Shown: positions 27,730 to 36,964 of the stretch, piece by piece
Layout of the letters: every line of letters begins with the position of its first letter
Numbering within the stretch: position 1 is the stretch's first letter
Source: Armatimonadota bacterium
Lineage (GTDB): Bacteria; Armatimonadota; SYMT01
Assembly: GCA_041690135.1 (NCBI GenBank)
Contig: JAWLHY010000006.1
Location: forward strand, 96,001-160,000
Reading direction: 5' to 3'
Length of the DNA stretch: 64,000 nt
Translations under genes and position numbers: made by a program
Notes under the pieces: model-generated
Told to the model about the DNA's origin: nothing
The model's database searches: none
Seen by the model: only the letters and a program-made list of their open reading frames with translations

Positions 27730-28329
27730 ATGTCGGTCGAACGAGGGGGACAGCCGGTAGTGTTGGGGCAGGCGCGTAACGAAGCAGAGGTGGTACGCCT
27801 TTGCCAGACGGGCGACGCGGGTGCCTGGTCCGAGCTGCTTGCGGCCGTGCGGCCCCTGGTCCAGACGATCGCCCGCCGGGACTTCCACCTGGGTCTCGAC
27901 GACGTCGAAGACATCCACCAGCTCGTTTGCGTGAAGCTGTACGAAAACATTGGCCAGCTTCGCGAACCCGCCGCCTTCCGCCAGTGGCTACGGTGCCTCA
28001 CCCGTCGTGTAATTGTCGACTTCCTGCGCCAACGGAAGGACGCTTCCTCTCTCGATTACCTGGAAGAGTCGTTCGGACTGGAGCCGACGGAACAGACTGC
28101 GGACCTGCGTTGGGTCGAGCAGGCCACCCTGCGGGTGGAGGTCCAGCGAGCGCTGATGAGCCTTCCCGAAAAGTATCGCCGCCCTCTGCTCCTCCATTTG
28201 CTCCTGGGAGAACCGCAGGAGGAAGTCAGCCGGATGCTGGGGCGGCCTCGTTCCACAGTCGCCAGCCAGATCCACCGCGGCCTGGCCCGCCTCCGCCGGA
28301 CCCTTTCCGCCGCCGACTACGCTTCCTAA
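27730..28329 (+). CDS. ECF-type sigma-70 factor
   Basis: GDAGAWSEL, DVEDIHQ, LREPAAFRQWL, ALMSLPEKYR, RSTVASQIHRGLARLR. Confidence 0.9.
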   Translation: MSVERGGQPVVLGQARNEAEVVRLCQTGDAGAWSELLAAVRPLVQTIARRDFHLGLDDVEDIHQLVCVKLYENIGQLREPAAFRQWLRCLTRRVIVDFLRQRKDASSLDYLEESFGLEPTEQTADLRWVEQATLRVEVQRALMSLPEKYRRPLLLHLLLGEPQEEVSRMLGRPRSTVASQIHRGLARLRRTLSAADYAS

Positions 28330-28370
28330 AGGGTTGGGGAAGTGTGATCGGCGGGGATAGAATTGATCCA

Positions 28371-29234
28371 ATGTACCCGCCGACAGATGAACTCCTTCCC
28401 ACCCAGTCTGATGAGGGAACTTTCCCCAGTGGAGGCTTCACGCTCTTCCGGCGCTCCGTGATGCCGGCGGAGATGCCCTCCTGGGCGCGCCTCCTCTTTA
28501 TCCACGGCTATGGGGAGCACAGCGGCCGGTACCGGCACTTTTACCAATGGCTGGCCGAACGAGGCGTCGCGAGCCATGCGGTCGACCTGCGCGGTCAGGG
28601 GCGTTCCACCGGCCAGCGCGGTTTCGTTCGAGACTGGTACGAGTACGTAGAAGACGTCAGTGCCACCCTACAACAGGAGTTCGTCGCGGGTTCCGGTCCC
28701 CTCTTCATTCTCGGCCACAGCCATGGCGGCCTGGTAGTGACGGCCGCCGTCCTCCGGGGCCTCGATGCGGCGCGGGGATATATCCTCAGTGCCCCTTACT
28801 ACCGCAGTCGAGTCCCCGTCCCCCTTATCAAGCAATGGGCGGGGCGCGCGCTCAACCCCATCTGCCCTTCCCTGCGGATTCCGTCCGGCCTCGACTCGGC
28901 CTGGATGACCTCAGACCCCGCTATGCGTGAGGACAGCCGCAAGGACCCGCTCATCGTGGGAACGGCGACACCCCGCTGGTATTGCGGCGCCATGGCGGCA
29001 CAGGCGGAAGTGATGCGCCACCGCGCCGATTTCCGCCGCCCGTTCCTGGCGCTGGTCGGCGACGCCGACCCCGTATCCGATCCCACCGCAGTCCACGAGT
29101 TCTATGTCGACGCCGGAGCCCCGGACAAGGCGGAGCGCATCTATCCGCACCTCCTCCACGAGATCCTCCGGGAGACGGATCGGGAGCGGATCTTCCAGGA
29201 CATCCTGGAGTGGATGCGGGAGCGCGCCGAATGA
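28371..29234 (+). CDS. Alpha/beta hydrolase, lysophospholipase-like
   Basis: IHGYGEHSGRY, DLRGQGRS, GHSHGG, HEILRE. Confidence 0.88.
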   Translation: MYPPTDELLPTQSDEGTFPSGGFTLFRRSVMPAEMPSWARLLFIHGYGEHSGRYRHFYQWLAERGVASHAVDLRGQGRSTGQRGFVRDWYEYVEDVSATLQQEFVAGSGPLFILGHSHGGLVVTAAVLRGLDAARGYILSAPYYRSRVPVPLIKQWAGRALNPICPSLRIPSGLDSAWMTSDPAMREDSRKDPLIVGTATPRWYCGAMAAQAEVMRHRADFRRPFLALVGDADPVSDPTAVHEFYVDAGAPDKAERIYPHLLHEILRETDRERIFQDILEWMRERAE

Positions 29235-29641
29235 TCGAACCAACCTGGGAAACCCTGGTCGCGGATACGCCGGACCTCTTCTTGCGGCTCCGCCGGTATC
29301 AGGGCTGCGAGATCCTCGTCCGGTACGCCGTCGGAGAGCGTCAGGGGATCCAGGTCGAGGTGCCCGCGGCCCGCACCACGCTGCAAGGCCGGCTCGAGGT
29401 GCATCCGCAGGTCGATCGCTTTCGCATCCGGCTCGAAGGCTGGAGCGAGGAAGACTTCATCTGGCTCGCGCGCCGCAAAGGACGCGGGGGTCCGGGTTAC
29501 TGGCAGGGAGCCATCGAATACCGCCCCGAGGGAAAACCCGCCCTGGTCCACTACTTCACCGCCCCGCTCGACGGCCTCGTGATAAAGCTTCGCCCCACCA
29601 GGAGCAATACCGATCATCCGGGTCACTGCGAAGAGGAATAG
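29231..29641 (+). CDS. Hypothetical protein
   Basis: ATGA overlap with the hydrolase stop; beta-rich 136-aa ORF. Confidence 0.6.
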   Translation: MIEPTWETLVADTPDLFLRLRRYQGCEILVRYAVGERQGIQVEVPAARTTLQGRLEVHPQVDRFRIRLEGWSEEDFIWLARRKGRGGPGYWQGAIEYRPEGKPALVHYFTAPLDGLVIKLRPTRSNTDHPGHCEEE

Positions 29642-29733
29642 AACCCCGCCGACTTCACAGACTACACGCCGCCCCACCGTCGAAGCACGGCCGTCCAGAA
29701 CGTGTATCCCGTCACCCGACGCGGCAGCCCTCT

Positions 29734-29867
29734 GGTCAGGGAAGTCATCCCGTCCCCGACCTCCTTATCCTAATCCTCGTCCTAATCCCTCCGGGGCCCC
29801 TGTCCAGGGCAGCTATCCTGTAACGGGATTCGTAATCTTTATCTTCCAACCATCCTTATCTTTATCC
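29734..29867. repeat. Composite intergenic repeat: GGTCAGGGAAGTCRTCC plus hexamer arrays
   Basis: 17-mer at 29734-29750 recurs at 36902-36918; hexamer runs at 29763-29788 and 29831-29867. Confidence 0.65.
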
Positions 29868-30803
29868 ATCTCCCCGGGTTATCCGCCAGCAGCGGTGGAT
29901 CTTCTTGTTGCGGTAATCCTCCGGGATCGTCTTCTCCGTGATCTCCTCCAGGCGGCACGGCAACAGCTCTTCTTCCCGCAGCTTGAAGCCGCGGTAATTG
30001 GTGCTGAAGTAAAGCACGCCCTCCGGCGTGAGAAGCTGCAGGCAGTGGTTAATGAGGAAGGGATGCTGCACCCCCACATCCAGCACCTCGCGCATCTTCT
30101 TGGAGTTGCTGAAGGTCGGCGGATCGCAGACGATCAATTCCCACTTCCGCTTGGCCCGCACCATCTCCGGGAGCCACTGGAGCACGTCGGCCCGTTCGAG
30201 CGTGTGAATTTCCGGGTTCAGTTCGTTCAGCTCGAAGTTTCGCTTCGCCCAGGCAAGGTAGGTATTGGAGATATCGACGGAGTGTGTGCGGATAGCTCCT
30301 CCCCCGGCCGCATAGACGCTGAAACTCGCCGTGTAACAGAAGAGGTTGAGCATCCGGCGGTCGTGCGCTTCCTCCTGCACCATCTTCCGCGTATTGCGAT
30401 GGTCGAGGAACAGGCCGGTGTCATGGTAGTCGGACAGGTTCACCCAGAAGCGATGGCCCTGCTCTTCCACCACGAACTCGAAGCGCTCTTCCGCGAGGCG
30501 CTGGTATTGGGAGTGGTCCTTCTGCCGGTAGCGTTCCTTGAAAAAGAGGGTCTCGTCGGTGACGCCGAGACCCTCTTTCACCTCGGCTTCTACTTCCGCC
30601 AGCCACGTCTCGCGCGCCTCCGGCGTTTCATCCTTCTTCCGGTGCATCGCATAGACCAGCGCGCGCCCGTCGTACCAATCCACGATCACGGGTTGGTCCG
30701 GGATGTCCTTCTCGTAAAGGCGATAGCAGGTCACCCCTGTCCGGCGCGCCCACTTTCGGAGGTGCCGGTGCATCCGCTGAAGCCGGTTCGCAAGCATTCC
30801 CAT
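29862..30803 (-). CDS. 23S rRNA methyltransferase, stand-alone RlmK/RlmI-like (C-terminal half of RlmKL)
   Basis: LANRL, CYRLYEKDIP, VNLSDYHDTGLFLDHR, LNLFCYTASFSV, DPPTFSNSKKM, IPEDYRNKKIHRCW. Confidence 0.85.
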   Translation of the reverse strand: MGMLANRLQRMHRHLRKWARRTGVTCYRLYEKDIPDQPVIVDWYDGRALVYAMHRKKDETPEARETWLAEVEAEVKEGLGVTDETLFFKERYRQKDHSQYQRLAEERFEFVVEEQGHRFWVNLSDYHDTGLFLDHRNTRKMVQEEAHDRRMLNLFCYTASFSVYAAGGGAIRTHSVDISNTYLAWAKRNFELNELNPEIHTLERADVLQWLPEMVRAKRKWELIVCDPPTFSNSKKMREVLDVGVQHPFLINHCLQLLTPEGVLYFSTNYRGFKLREEELLPCRLEEITEKTIPEDYRNKKIHRCWRITRGDG

Positions 30804-30836
30804 GACGACATCATATCAGACCAAAGCGTCACAATA

Positions 30837-32723
30837 TCAGCGGCGCCCTCCGAGCAGCAGTTGGAGTAACCCCCCGCCAGAACTCTCGGTGATGAAATCG
30901 ATGAAGGCGAAAGCCATCTCGTCCGTCGTCTGCTCGCCGAAGCGCACGGTTTGCGGAGGATTGCTGGGATTGCGCGGGTTGTTGGCGCTGTTGTCGAAAT
31001 ACGCCCGCATCTCAAGCAGGGTGCCGGCGGGAAGCTCCACCATCTCCTTGTAGCGGTAGGTGTCCTGCCACCGATAGTCCCAGTTCTTCACCCACACCAG
31101 ATCCTTGACGGTGCCGTCGGGCAGCGTGGCGGTGACTTTCATCTCCTTCCCCAGCAGGTGCATGTGCGGGGTGATGGAGAAGGCCTTGATCGCCATCGGG
31201 GTCTTCATCGAGGCCTTCACTTCGTGGCGTTCCACTCCCGGCGGAATATTGATATCCAGCCGGGTCAGGGGCCAGATCATCGCCGTGTACTTCACCGGTT
31301 CCTTGGCGAAGTAGAGACCGATACTGGTCTTATCCTTCTCCGGCTTGCCCGTCTTGTGGTAATGCGCCTGGATAACAAGGTCCGATCCCTTGGGCAAGGG
31401 TCGCGCCACGCCTTCCGGCATAAAGCGGGGCATGTTGCCCGGCGCCCAGCCTCCGAGCCCGCCGCTGGGGAAAAAGCCGATTCCGCCCGGACCGGCATTG
31501 TACCCCGGCGCCGGGTCCTTGGCGTCCAGCGCGCGCCCCCGACCCTGCGTGTCCGTGAAGGCGAGGATGTGGTGAAGCACGCGGGGGTTACCGGCCCTCA
31601 CTTCCATGGCGACCACCTGCTTGTCTTCGGTGAGCCCGGTCGGCAGCACGAAGCAGCGGAAATCGTCCTCGCCGGTGGCCCCGACCTGATAGGCCTCTTC
31701 CATCGTCAAGACCAGGTCCGGCTTACCCAGGGTCCATCCGTCTTCCCACTTCTTCGCCGGCGGCGCGTCCTTCTTCCGTCCGGCCGGAGCACCGTCGTCC
31801 ACCCAGGCACAAACCGTGTCGATTTCTTTCTGGGTCATGCGCCGCACGTCCATGAAATCGCCGTGTCCCGGCTCTGCCTGCCACGGCGGCATCAGGCGGC
31901 CCTTCACGAACTGCTTGATCTCCCCCGCCCAACTCTTCGCGTCCTCATAGCTGAGGAGGGAGAAGGGCGCGACCTGGTCCGGACGGTGGCAGGATTGGCA
32001 CCGCTCCTGAAGGATTGGGAGCACGTCCCGGTAATAGGTCACCGCGGCCTCCCGCTCCTGCTGGCGCGTCTTCGGCTGGTTGTAGACGATGGTGCAACCG
32101 AAGGGGCGGGTGACCGGGTTCTTCACTTCCCGTCCCGCAAGCACGGCGTCGAGCGCCGACTGCAGATCCTTCGTCGTCACGAAATTCCGCTTCTCGGTGC
32201 GGCTCGCGTAGGCGTTGTCGATCCGGCCGCGGTATCGGACGATGCGCTGCTCATCCAGGACGAAAGCTTCCGGAGTGATCCGAGCCGCCAGCCCGCGCGC
32301 GAGCACCTGGCGATCATCCTTCAGCACGGGGAAGGAGTAGCGATAGGCACGGGCGTGCTGGTGGGCGCCTTTCAACTCTCCGGGATTGGCGTTAACGGCC
32401 AGGAACTGCACGCCTCGGCGACGGTAGCTTTCCGCCAACTCGGAAAGGGGTGCCGCATAGCCGTTGGCAATGGGACACCGGGTGCCGATGAAGACCACCA
32501 CCATGGCCTTCTTTTCGGCATACTGTTCCAGCGTGCGCGTTTTGCCGTTGGTGTCCCGGAGCCGAAACTCCGGCATCTGCTGCCCAATCGTCTGCTCCGG
32601 TGCCGGAAGCGCTTCATCCGCCCTGGGGGCGGCCAGCGACACCAGTGTAAGTGTTGCGGCGGCAATCAGCCCTACCTGCATCGGGGCGAGCCGGCGCCCT
32701 CGACTGGTCCGGAAGTGCTCCAT
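30837..32723 (-). CDS. Redoxin domain fused to a CxxCH segment and a copper type II monooxygenase-like domain
   Basis: FIGTRCPIA, TPEAFVLD, YRGRIDN; CQSCH; VLHH, HYH, PHMH, EM metal-ligand motifs. Confidence 0.8.
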   Translation of the reverse strand: MEHFRTSRGRRLAPMQVGLIAAATLTLVSLAAPRADEALPAPEQTIGQQMPEFRLRDTNGKTRTLEQYAEKKAMVVVFIGTRCPIANGYAAPLSELAESYRRRGVQFLAVNANPGELKGAHQHARAYRYSFPVLKDDRQVLARGLAARITPEAFVLDEQRIVRYRGRIDNAYASRTEKRNFVTTKDLQSALDAVLAGREVKNPVTRPFGCTIVYNQPKTRQQEREAAVTYYRDVLPILQERCQSCHRPDQVAPFSLLSYEDAKSWAGEIKQFVKGRLMPPWQAEPGHGDFMDVRRMTQKEIDTVCAWVDDGAPAGRKKDAPPAKKWEDGWTLGKPDLVLTMEEAYQVGATGEDDFRCFVLPTGLTEDKQVVAMEVRAGNPRVLHHILAFTDTQGRGRALDAKDPAPGYNAGPGGIGFFPSGGLGGWAPGNMPRFMPEGVARPLPKGSDLVIQAHYHKTGKPEKDKTSIGLYFAKEPVKYTAMIWPLTRLDINIPPGVERHEVKASMKTPMAIKAFSITPHMHLLGKEMKVTATLPDGTVKDLVWVKNWDYRWQDTYRYKEMVELPAGTLLEMRAYFDNSANNPRNPSNPPQTVRFGEQTTDEMAFAFIDFITESSGGGLLQLLLGGRR

Positions 32724-32901
32724 GGTGACCCTCGACTATCCTGAACGCCCGGGACGGGTCCCAGAGCGACCTTCCCGGGCCGAGTCCTCTCGGAAAAACC
32801 CAGATCGAGGGGCTTGAGCCGGGTACCGGCGAGCCCCTCGTCTGTTTATATGTTGGCCCAACCGCCTGGAGCAACGGTGCTTTCGCGCAGTCTTGCTCCG
32901 G

Positions 32902-33156
32902 TTAATCCTCCTCTTCGAAGAGATCCTCGTCTTCTTCCAGCCAGGCTTCTTCCTCACCGCCGTGGGCATGGTCCGGACCCGACACCTCCAGGGCAATCTC
33001 GAACGCGCCGGCCTTGATGCTGATTGCGATCCGGCTCACCCCGTATGGAAAGACATCGGACTCAGTGATATCGGGACCGGCCGCCTGCCGGAGCAGGTCT
33101 TCGGCTGCCGCCTTCACTTCCGAAAGGGTGGCGGTTTGTTCCGGTTTGTCGCTCAT
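32902..33156 (-). CDS. Small acidic hypothetical protein
   Basis: AAGGAG RBS before MSDKPEQ; acidic C-terminal tail. Confidence 0.6.
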   Translation of the reverse strand: MSDKPEQTATLSEVKAAAEDLLRQAAGPDITESDVFPYGVSRIAISIKAGAFEIALEVSGPDHAHGGEEEAWLEEDEDLFEEED

Positions 33157-33276
33157 GACTATCTCCTTTGCCGTCTTCGGCACTCGCACATCTCGGACAT
33201 CGTGGGGAATCGCTCCCCCGTGGAAACGGTGGGGCGGCATGCCTATCTGACCCGTTGTTGGGACTGCCGAAACGTT

Positions 33277-34365
33277 CTAACGCTTGAACCGGTAGGTCCG
33301 CAGGTTCCCGGTGGGGATCCCGCTGCTCACGATGGCGAGGCGACCGTCGCCATCCAGACCCACCAGGTACGTCTGTCCCGGCCCCAACTCCGAATCGATC
33401 ACCTGGCCGCGCCAGGTGGAAAGGGCCCCGTCCTCGGGGCAGTACACCCGGAGGTCCGCACCCGGACGGAAGCTGCCGGTCACAATTTCCGGAAGGCCGT
33501 CGCCGTTCACGTCCCCACAGGCCAGCGAGTGACCCCCTTCCAGATCGTCTGCAATTACCACTCGCTCCCAGTCCGGCGTCCGCGGGTCCGCGGGCGCGCG
33601 GTACCAGCAGAGGGTGTTTCCGTGCCACGGCTCGATGGCGGCAATCCCCAGCAACTCGCCGGAGCGACCCAACAGCACGTGGGCCTCACTGGTTTCCCGT
33701 TCGCTGATCCGGTGGCGCTCCCAGGCCCCTCCCCCCATCGGTTCATACCAAAACAAGCCTTCCCGCGCGCCGACCAGAAGGTCCGTCCCCGGTCCCTCCC
33801 CGATCTGGGCAAAGGATAACCCGTGGTTCAGGCGAAGGTGCCCATCGATGACCGTTAGAGGCCACGGATCGACCGCGGGATCCTCCGGGATCCGGTAGAA
33901 GCCCAGCCAACCCGGATCGCTCCAGTCCAGGTGCGAGCCCTCCGGTCCCCGGATCGTCGCCACGATCAACTCCCGTTGCCCGTCGCCGTCCACGTCCGCC
34001 CACCCGATCCGGTGGATAAACGGCACCCGGTCGATCAGGAATTCCTCCCATTCACCTTCCGGGTCCTCCGGTTGACGCAGCCAGTGGAGGCAGGCCTCCT
34101 GCGCCTGGATCCCGGGATTGAAGCCACTGGCAAGTGCCACGTCGGGACGACCGTCCCCGTCGATGTCGTGCACGGCGATCCCGATGTTGCCGCGGTAAGA
34201 CCTGCTGATCACGACCCGCCGCCAGTCCGGGGCCTGGTACCAGGCCAGGAACGGTTCGGCGGTGGAGCCGACCACCAGATCCGGACGTCCGTCGCCATCG
34301 AGGTCCGCGACATCCAAACCGTACAGGCTGGGAACGGCTTCGACCTCTTCGATCAAGAACTGCAT
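33277..34365 (-). CDS. FG-GAP/VCBS repeat beta-propeller protein (aldos-2-ulose dehydratase-like propeller)
   Basis: Repeated DLDGDGRPD, DIDGDGRPD, DVDGDGQRE, DVNGDGLPE; IEPWHGN. Confidence 0.8.
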   Translation of the reverse strand: MQFLIEEVEAVPSLYGLDVADLDGDGRPDLVVGSTAEPFLAWYQAPDWRRVVISRSYRGNIGIAVHDIDGDGRPDVALASGFNPGIQAQEACLHWLRQPEDPEGEWEEFLIDRVPFIHRIGWADVDGDGQRELIVATIRGPEGSHLDWSDPGWLGFYRIPEDPAVDPWPLTVIDGHLRLNHGLSFAQIGEGPGTDLLVGAREGLFWYEPMGGGAWERHRISERETSEAHVLLGRSGELLGIAAIEPWHGNTLCWYRAPADPRTPDWERVVIADDLEGGHSLACGDVNGDGLPEIVTGSFRPGADLRVYCPEDGALSTWRGQVIDSELGPGQTYLVGLDGDGRLAIVSSGIPTGNLRTYRFKR

Positions 34366-34401
34366 CAATCGATACCTGTGTGAAAACGTGAGGCGCATCG
34401 G

Positions 34402-34626
34402 CTACCGGCGGTTCGCCGGAACCTCCCATACCACGGCTCTCCAACCGTCCCGGATCAATTCTTGGGCGTATTCAATCGCTTCCTGATAGTTATCGGCGAC
34501 CGCCAGGTGTCCCTCGCGGCTGTTGGGGTCCGCCGCGGCCACCAGTGCCGAATGCGGCGCTTCCACCAGCGCCCGCGCCACCGCCACGTGGAAATCCTGA
34601 TCCAATTCCAGCACGACTACCGCCAT
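34402..34626 (-). CDS. Small hypothetical protein
   Basis: GAGG RBS; co-directional with the FG-GAP gene. Confidence 0.55.
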   Translation of the reverse strand: MAVVVLELDQDFHVAVARALVEAPHSALVAAADPNSREGHLAVADNYQEAIEYAQELIRDGWRAVVWEVPANRR

Positions 34627-35054
34627 TGTGTTCCTCGTTCGATCAACGCTAATGGGCCGCCATCGCGGAAGGAAAACACCCGCAATCGGGAACGGAACGG
34701 GAGTTCCGCACCGGCATCATCATTCAGTTCTACTTCCCTACCGGGCTCTTCGTGCCCTGAAAAGCCGTCCGATTTCACCCGCACCCGCATTCGCTCGCTC
34801 TTGCCTGTTCGGATCCTGGTGCCGAAACGGAGAGAAGGCGCGGCGTACCGCTTGCTACATGTGCTTTCGAAGGACCTGCTTCCCACTCCTTCACGGGTGC
34901 GTTCGAACGCGATGGTCGTTCTCCTGGAGGGTGAACCCCCGCACGGCGATCCTGTCTTCGGCTCGATACCATGGCAGTGCCGCGCTTCACTGCCGCCGGG
35001 GGATATGCACCGCATAATCCACCCATCGGACCGCTACACTACGTGTTGAGGCAG

Positions 35055-36836
35055 ATGATGATCCACAGCCGCACCCAGTTGGGAAACCTCCTGCTCCGTC
35101 ATGGAACGATCACCGAATCCCAGCTCCAGGCCGCGCTCCAACATTCTCGCGAACACAACTGCCGAATCGGTGAAGCCCTGATCGCCCTGGGGCTCTGTTC
35201 CGAGGTGGAAATCGGCCGCGTGCTGGCCCAGCAAATGGAGATCCCCTTCGTCGACCTCCGCCAGACTCCGCCCGTCGCGCAGGTGCTGCGCCTCATCCCC
35301 CGCGAAACGGCCCAGGCGCTGAGCATCATCCCGGTACGGATGGAGAATGGGCGCCTGCTGGTGGCGGCAGCCAACCCGTTCGATATCCGAATCGACGAGT
35401 TGGTGCGCAAGGTGACCGGGCTGCCGGTCCTCGTCGCCAGCACCGCGGAATCCCAGCTCCGGGAGGCCCTGCGGAACTGGACCCAACTCCTCGCGACAGC
35501 TCCGGCAAATGCAGCGGCCGTCTCCCCGCGCCAGGCGTTCCCCGGATCGTCCGCTCCGGCCGTGGCGGAAAACAAGCTGATCGCCCGCGCCGAACACCCG
35601 GACATCGTGCAGCGGGTGAACGCCCTGCTGGCGGACGCGGTCCGCACGGGGGCCACCGACATTCACTTTGAGCCGGACGGCGACGGAGTAAAAGTGCGCT
35701 GCCGAGTCGACGGTCACATGCACGGGTTGGCGCGAATTCCCGCCGAGTGGGCGCCGGCCATGCTGGCGCGCGTCAAAATCGCGAGCGGCATCTCGCTGGA
35801 GCGTCCCGGAGACCCTCGGAGGGGGACCTGCCGGTTCCGCGTAGACGGAAGGTCGCTTGAGTGGAAGGTCAGCGCCGTTCCGGGAGTAGAGGGCGAGGTG
35901 ATCGTCCTGCGCGACATGCCACTCTCCCGCGGTCCGCTTCCGCTGGCCGATCTGGGGCTCTCACCTGGCATGCTGTCGGAGCTCACCGGGCTCCTGAACG
36001 GCGGCGCGGGTGGACTGTTGCTGATCTCCGGGACCGCGGGTTCCGGAAAGACGACGACCCTCTACGCGCTCCTCGACTACCTGAACGCGGACGACCGCCA
36101 CATCGTCAGCATCCAGAGGTCACCGGAGCCGAAGCTTAGAGGCGTGCACCAGCTATTGTCGGACAGCACGGAAGGGCGGTCTCCCTCTTTCCTGCTTCGC
36201 GCTTGCCTGGAGCAAGAGCCGGATTTGGTGATCCTGGACGAGATTTCGGACGGGGAAACGGCGGAAATCGCCTGCCGCGCGTCGCTCACCGGAAGGCTCC
36301 TGTTGAGCACGCTTCCGGCTCCTTCCGCGCCGAGCGCCATTGCGCGCCTCCTGGACATGGGCGTCGCTCCTCACATTGCGGGCACGGCGCTGGCCGGAGT
36401 GCTCAACCAGCGCCTGGTCCGCCAGGTCTGCTCGTACTGCCGCGCGGAGCATCAACCGGCCGCGGAACTACGGCGTTCCCTTCACCTCTGCTTCGGGCAG
36501 GACGACGGCGGCTCTTATCAGCGGGGACTGGGCTGCGACCGATGCCTGCACCGGGGGGTCCACGGCCGTACCGGCGTCTTCGAACTGTTGACGTTCGACG
36601 ACGATCTCCGTTACCTGCTGGCAGAGCGAGCGGTACCGAGCGCCATCCAGCAGCACATCGACCGCGGCGGCTTCCTGAGCCTGGAGCACGATGCCTACGC
36701 CAAGGCTCGTGCCGGCCGGATACCACCGGAGGAGATCCTCCAGTTGGGCCTCGGGGTGGCCTCCGCGGTGGAGCGCCGCCCGAGCATACAAGTCACGTCC
36801 CCCGGCATACCGGATTTCCCATCGTCGCACTCCTGA
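35055..36836 (+). CDS. GspE/PulE/PilB-family protein with an MshEN-like N-terminus and degenerate ATPase motifs
   Basis: LGNLLL...RIGEAL, ATDIHFEP, RVDG, GSGKTTTLY, NQRLVR, CxxC pairs, GRTGVFELL. Confidence 0.88.
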   Translation: MMIHSRTQLGNLLLRHGTITESQLQAALQHSREHNCRIGEALIALGLCSEVEIGRVLAQQMEIPFVDLRQTPPVAQVLRLIPRETAQALSIIPVRMENGRLLVAAANPFDIRIDELVRKVTGLPVLVASTAESQLREALRNWTQLLATAPANAAAVSPRQAFPGSSAPAVAENKLIARAEHPDIVQRVNALLADAVRTGATDIHFEPDGDGVKVRCRVDGHMHGLARIPAEWAPAMLARVKIASGISLERPGDPRRGTCRFRVDGRSLEWKVSAVPGVEGEVIVLRDMPLSRGPLPLADLGLSPGMLSELTGLLNGGAGGLLLISGTAGSGKTTTLYALLDYLNADDRHIVSIQRSPEPKLRGVHQLLSDSTEGRSPSFLLRACLEQEPDLVILDEISDGETAEIACRASLTGRLLLSTLPAPSAPSAIARLLDMGVAPHIAGTALAGVLNQRLVRQVCSYCRAEHQPAAELRRSLHLCFGQDDGGSYQRGLGCDRCLHRGVHGRTGVFELLTFDDDLRYLLAERAVPSAIQQHIDRGGFLSLEHDAYAKARAGRIPPEEILQLGLGVASAVERRPSIQVTSPGIPDFPSSHS

Positions 36837-36868
36837 CGGCGTCCGGGCGCCAATCCCGAACCCGGCAT

Positions 36869-36918
36869 CCTTATCGTAGTCCTAATCCAACACGGCCCCC
36901 GGGTCAGGGAAGTCGTCC
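36869..36918. repeat. Hexamer array plus GGTCAGGGAAGTCGTCC
   Basis: ccttat cgtagt cctaat cc between convergent genes. Confidence 0.65.
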
Positions 36919-36964
36919 TTACGCGGCCGTGGTTAACCCTTCCGCCGTACTGTGCCGCCCTCCG

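Noticed and set aside
34762-34773. 12-mer AAGCCGTCCGAT shared with the SigB/F leader
   Set aside because: The flanking hairpin, ACNGGCCNAG motif and terminator are absent; likely chance.
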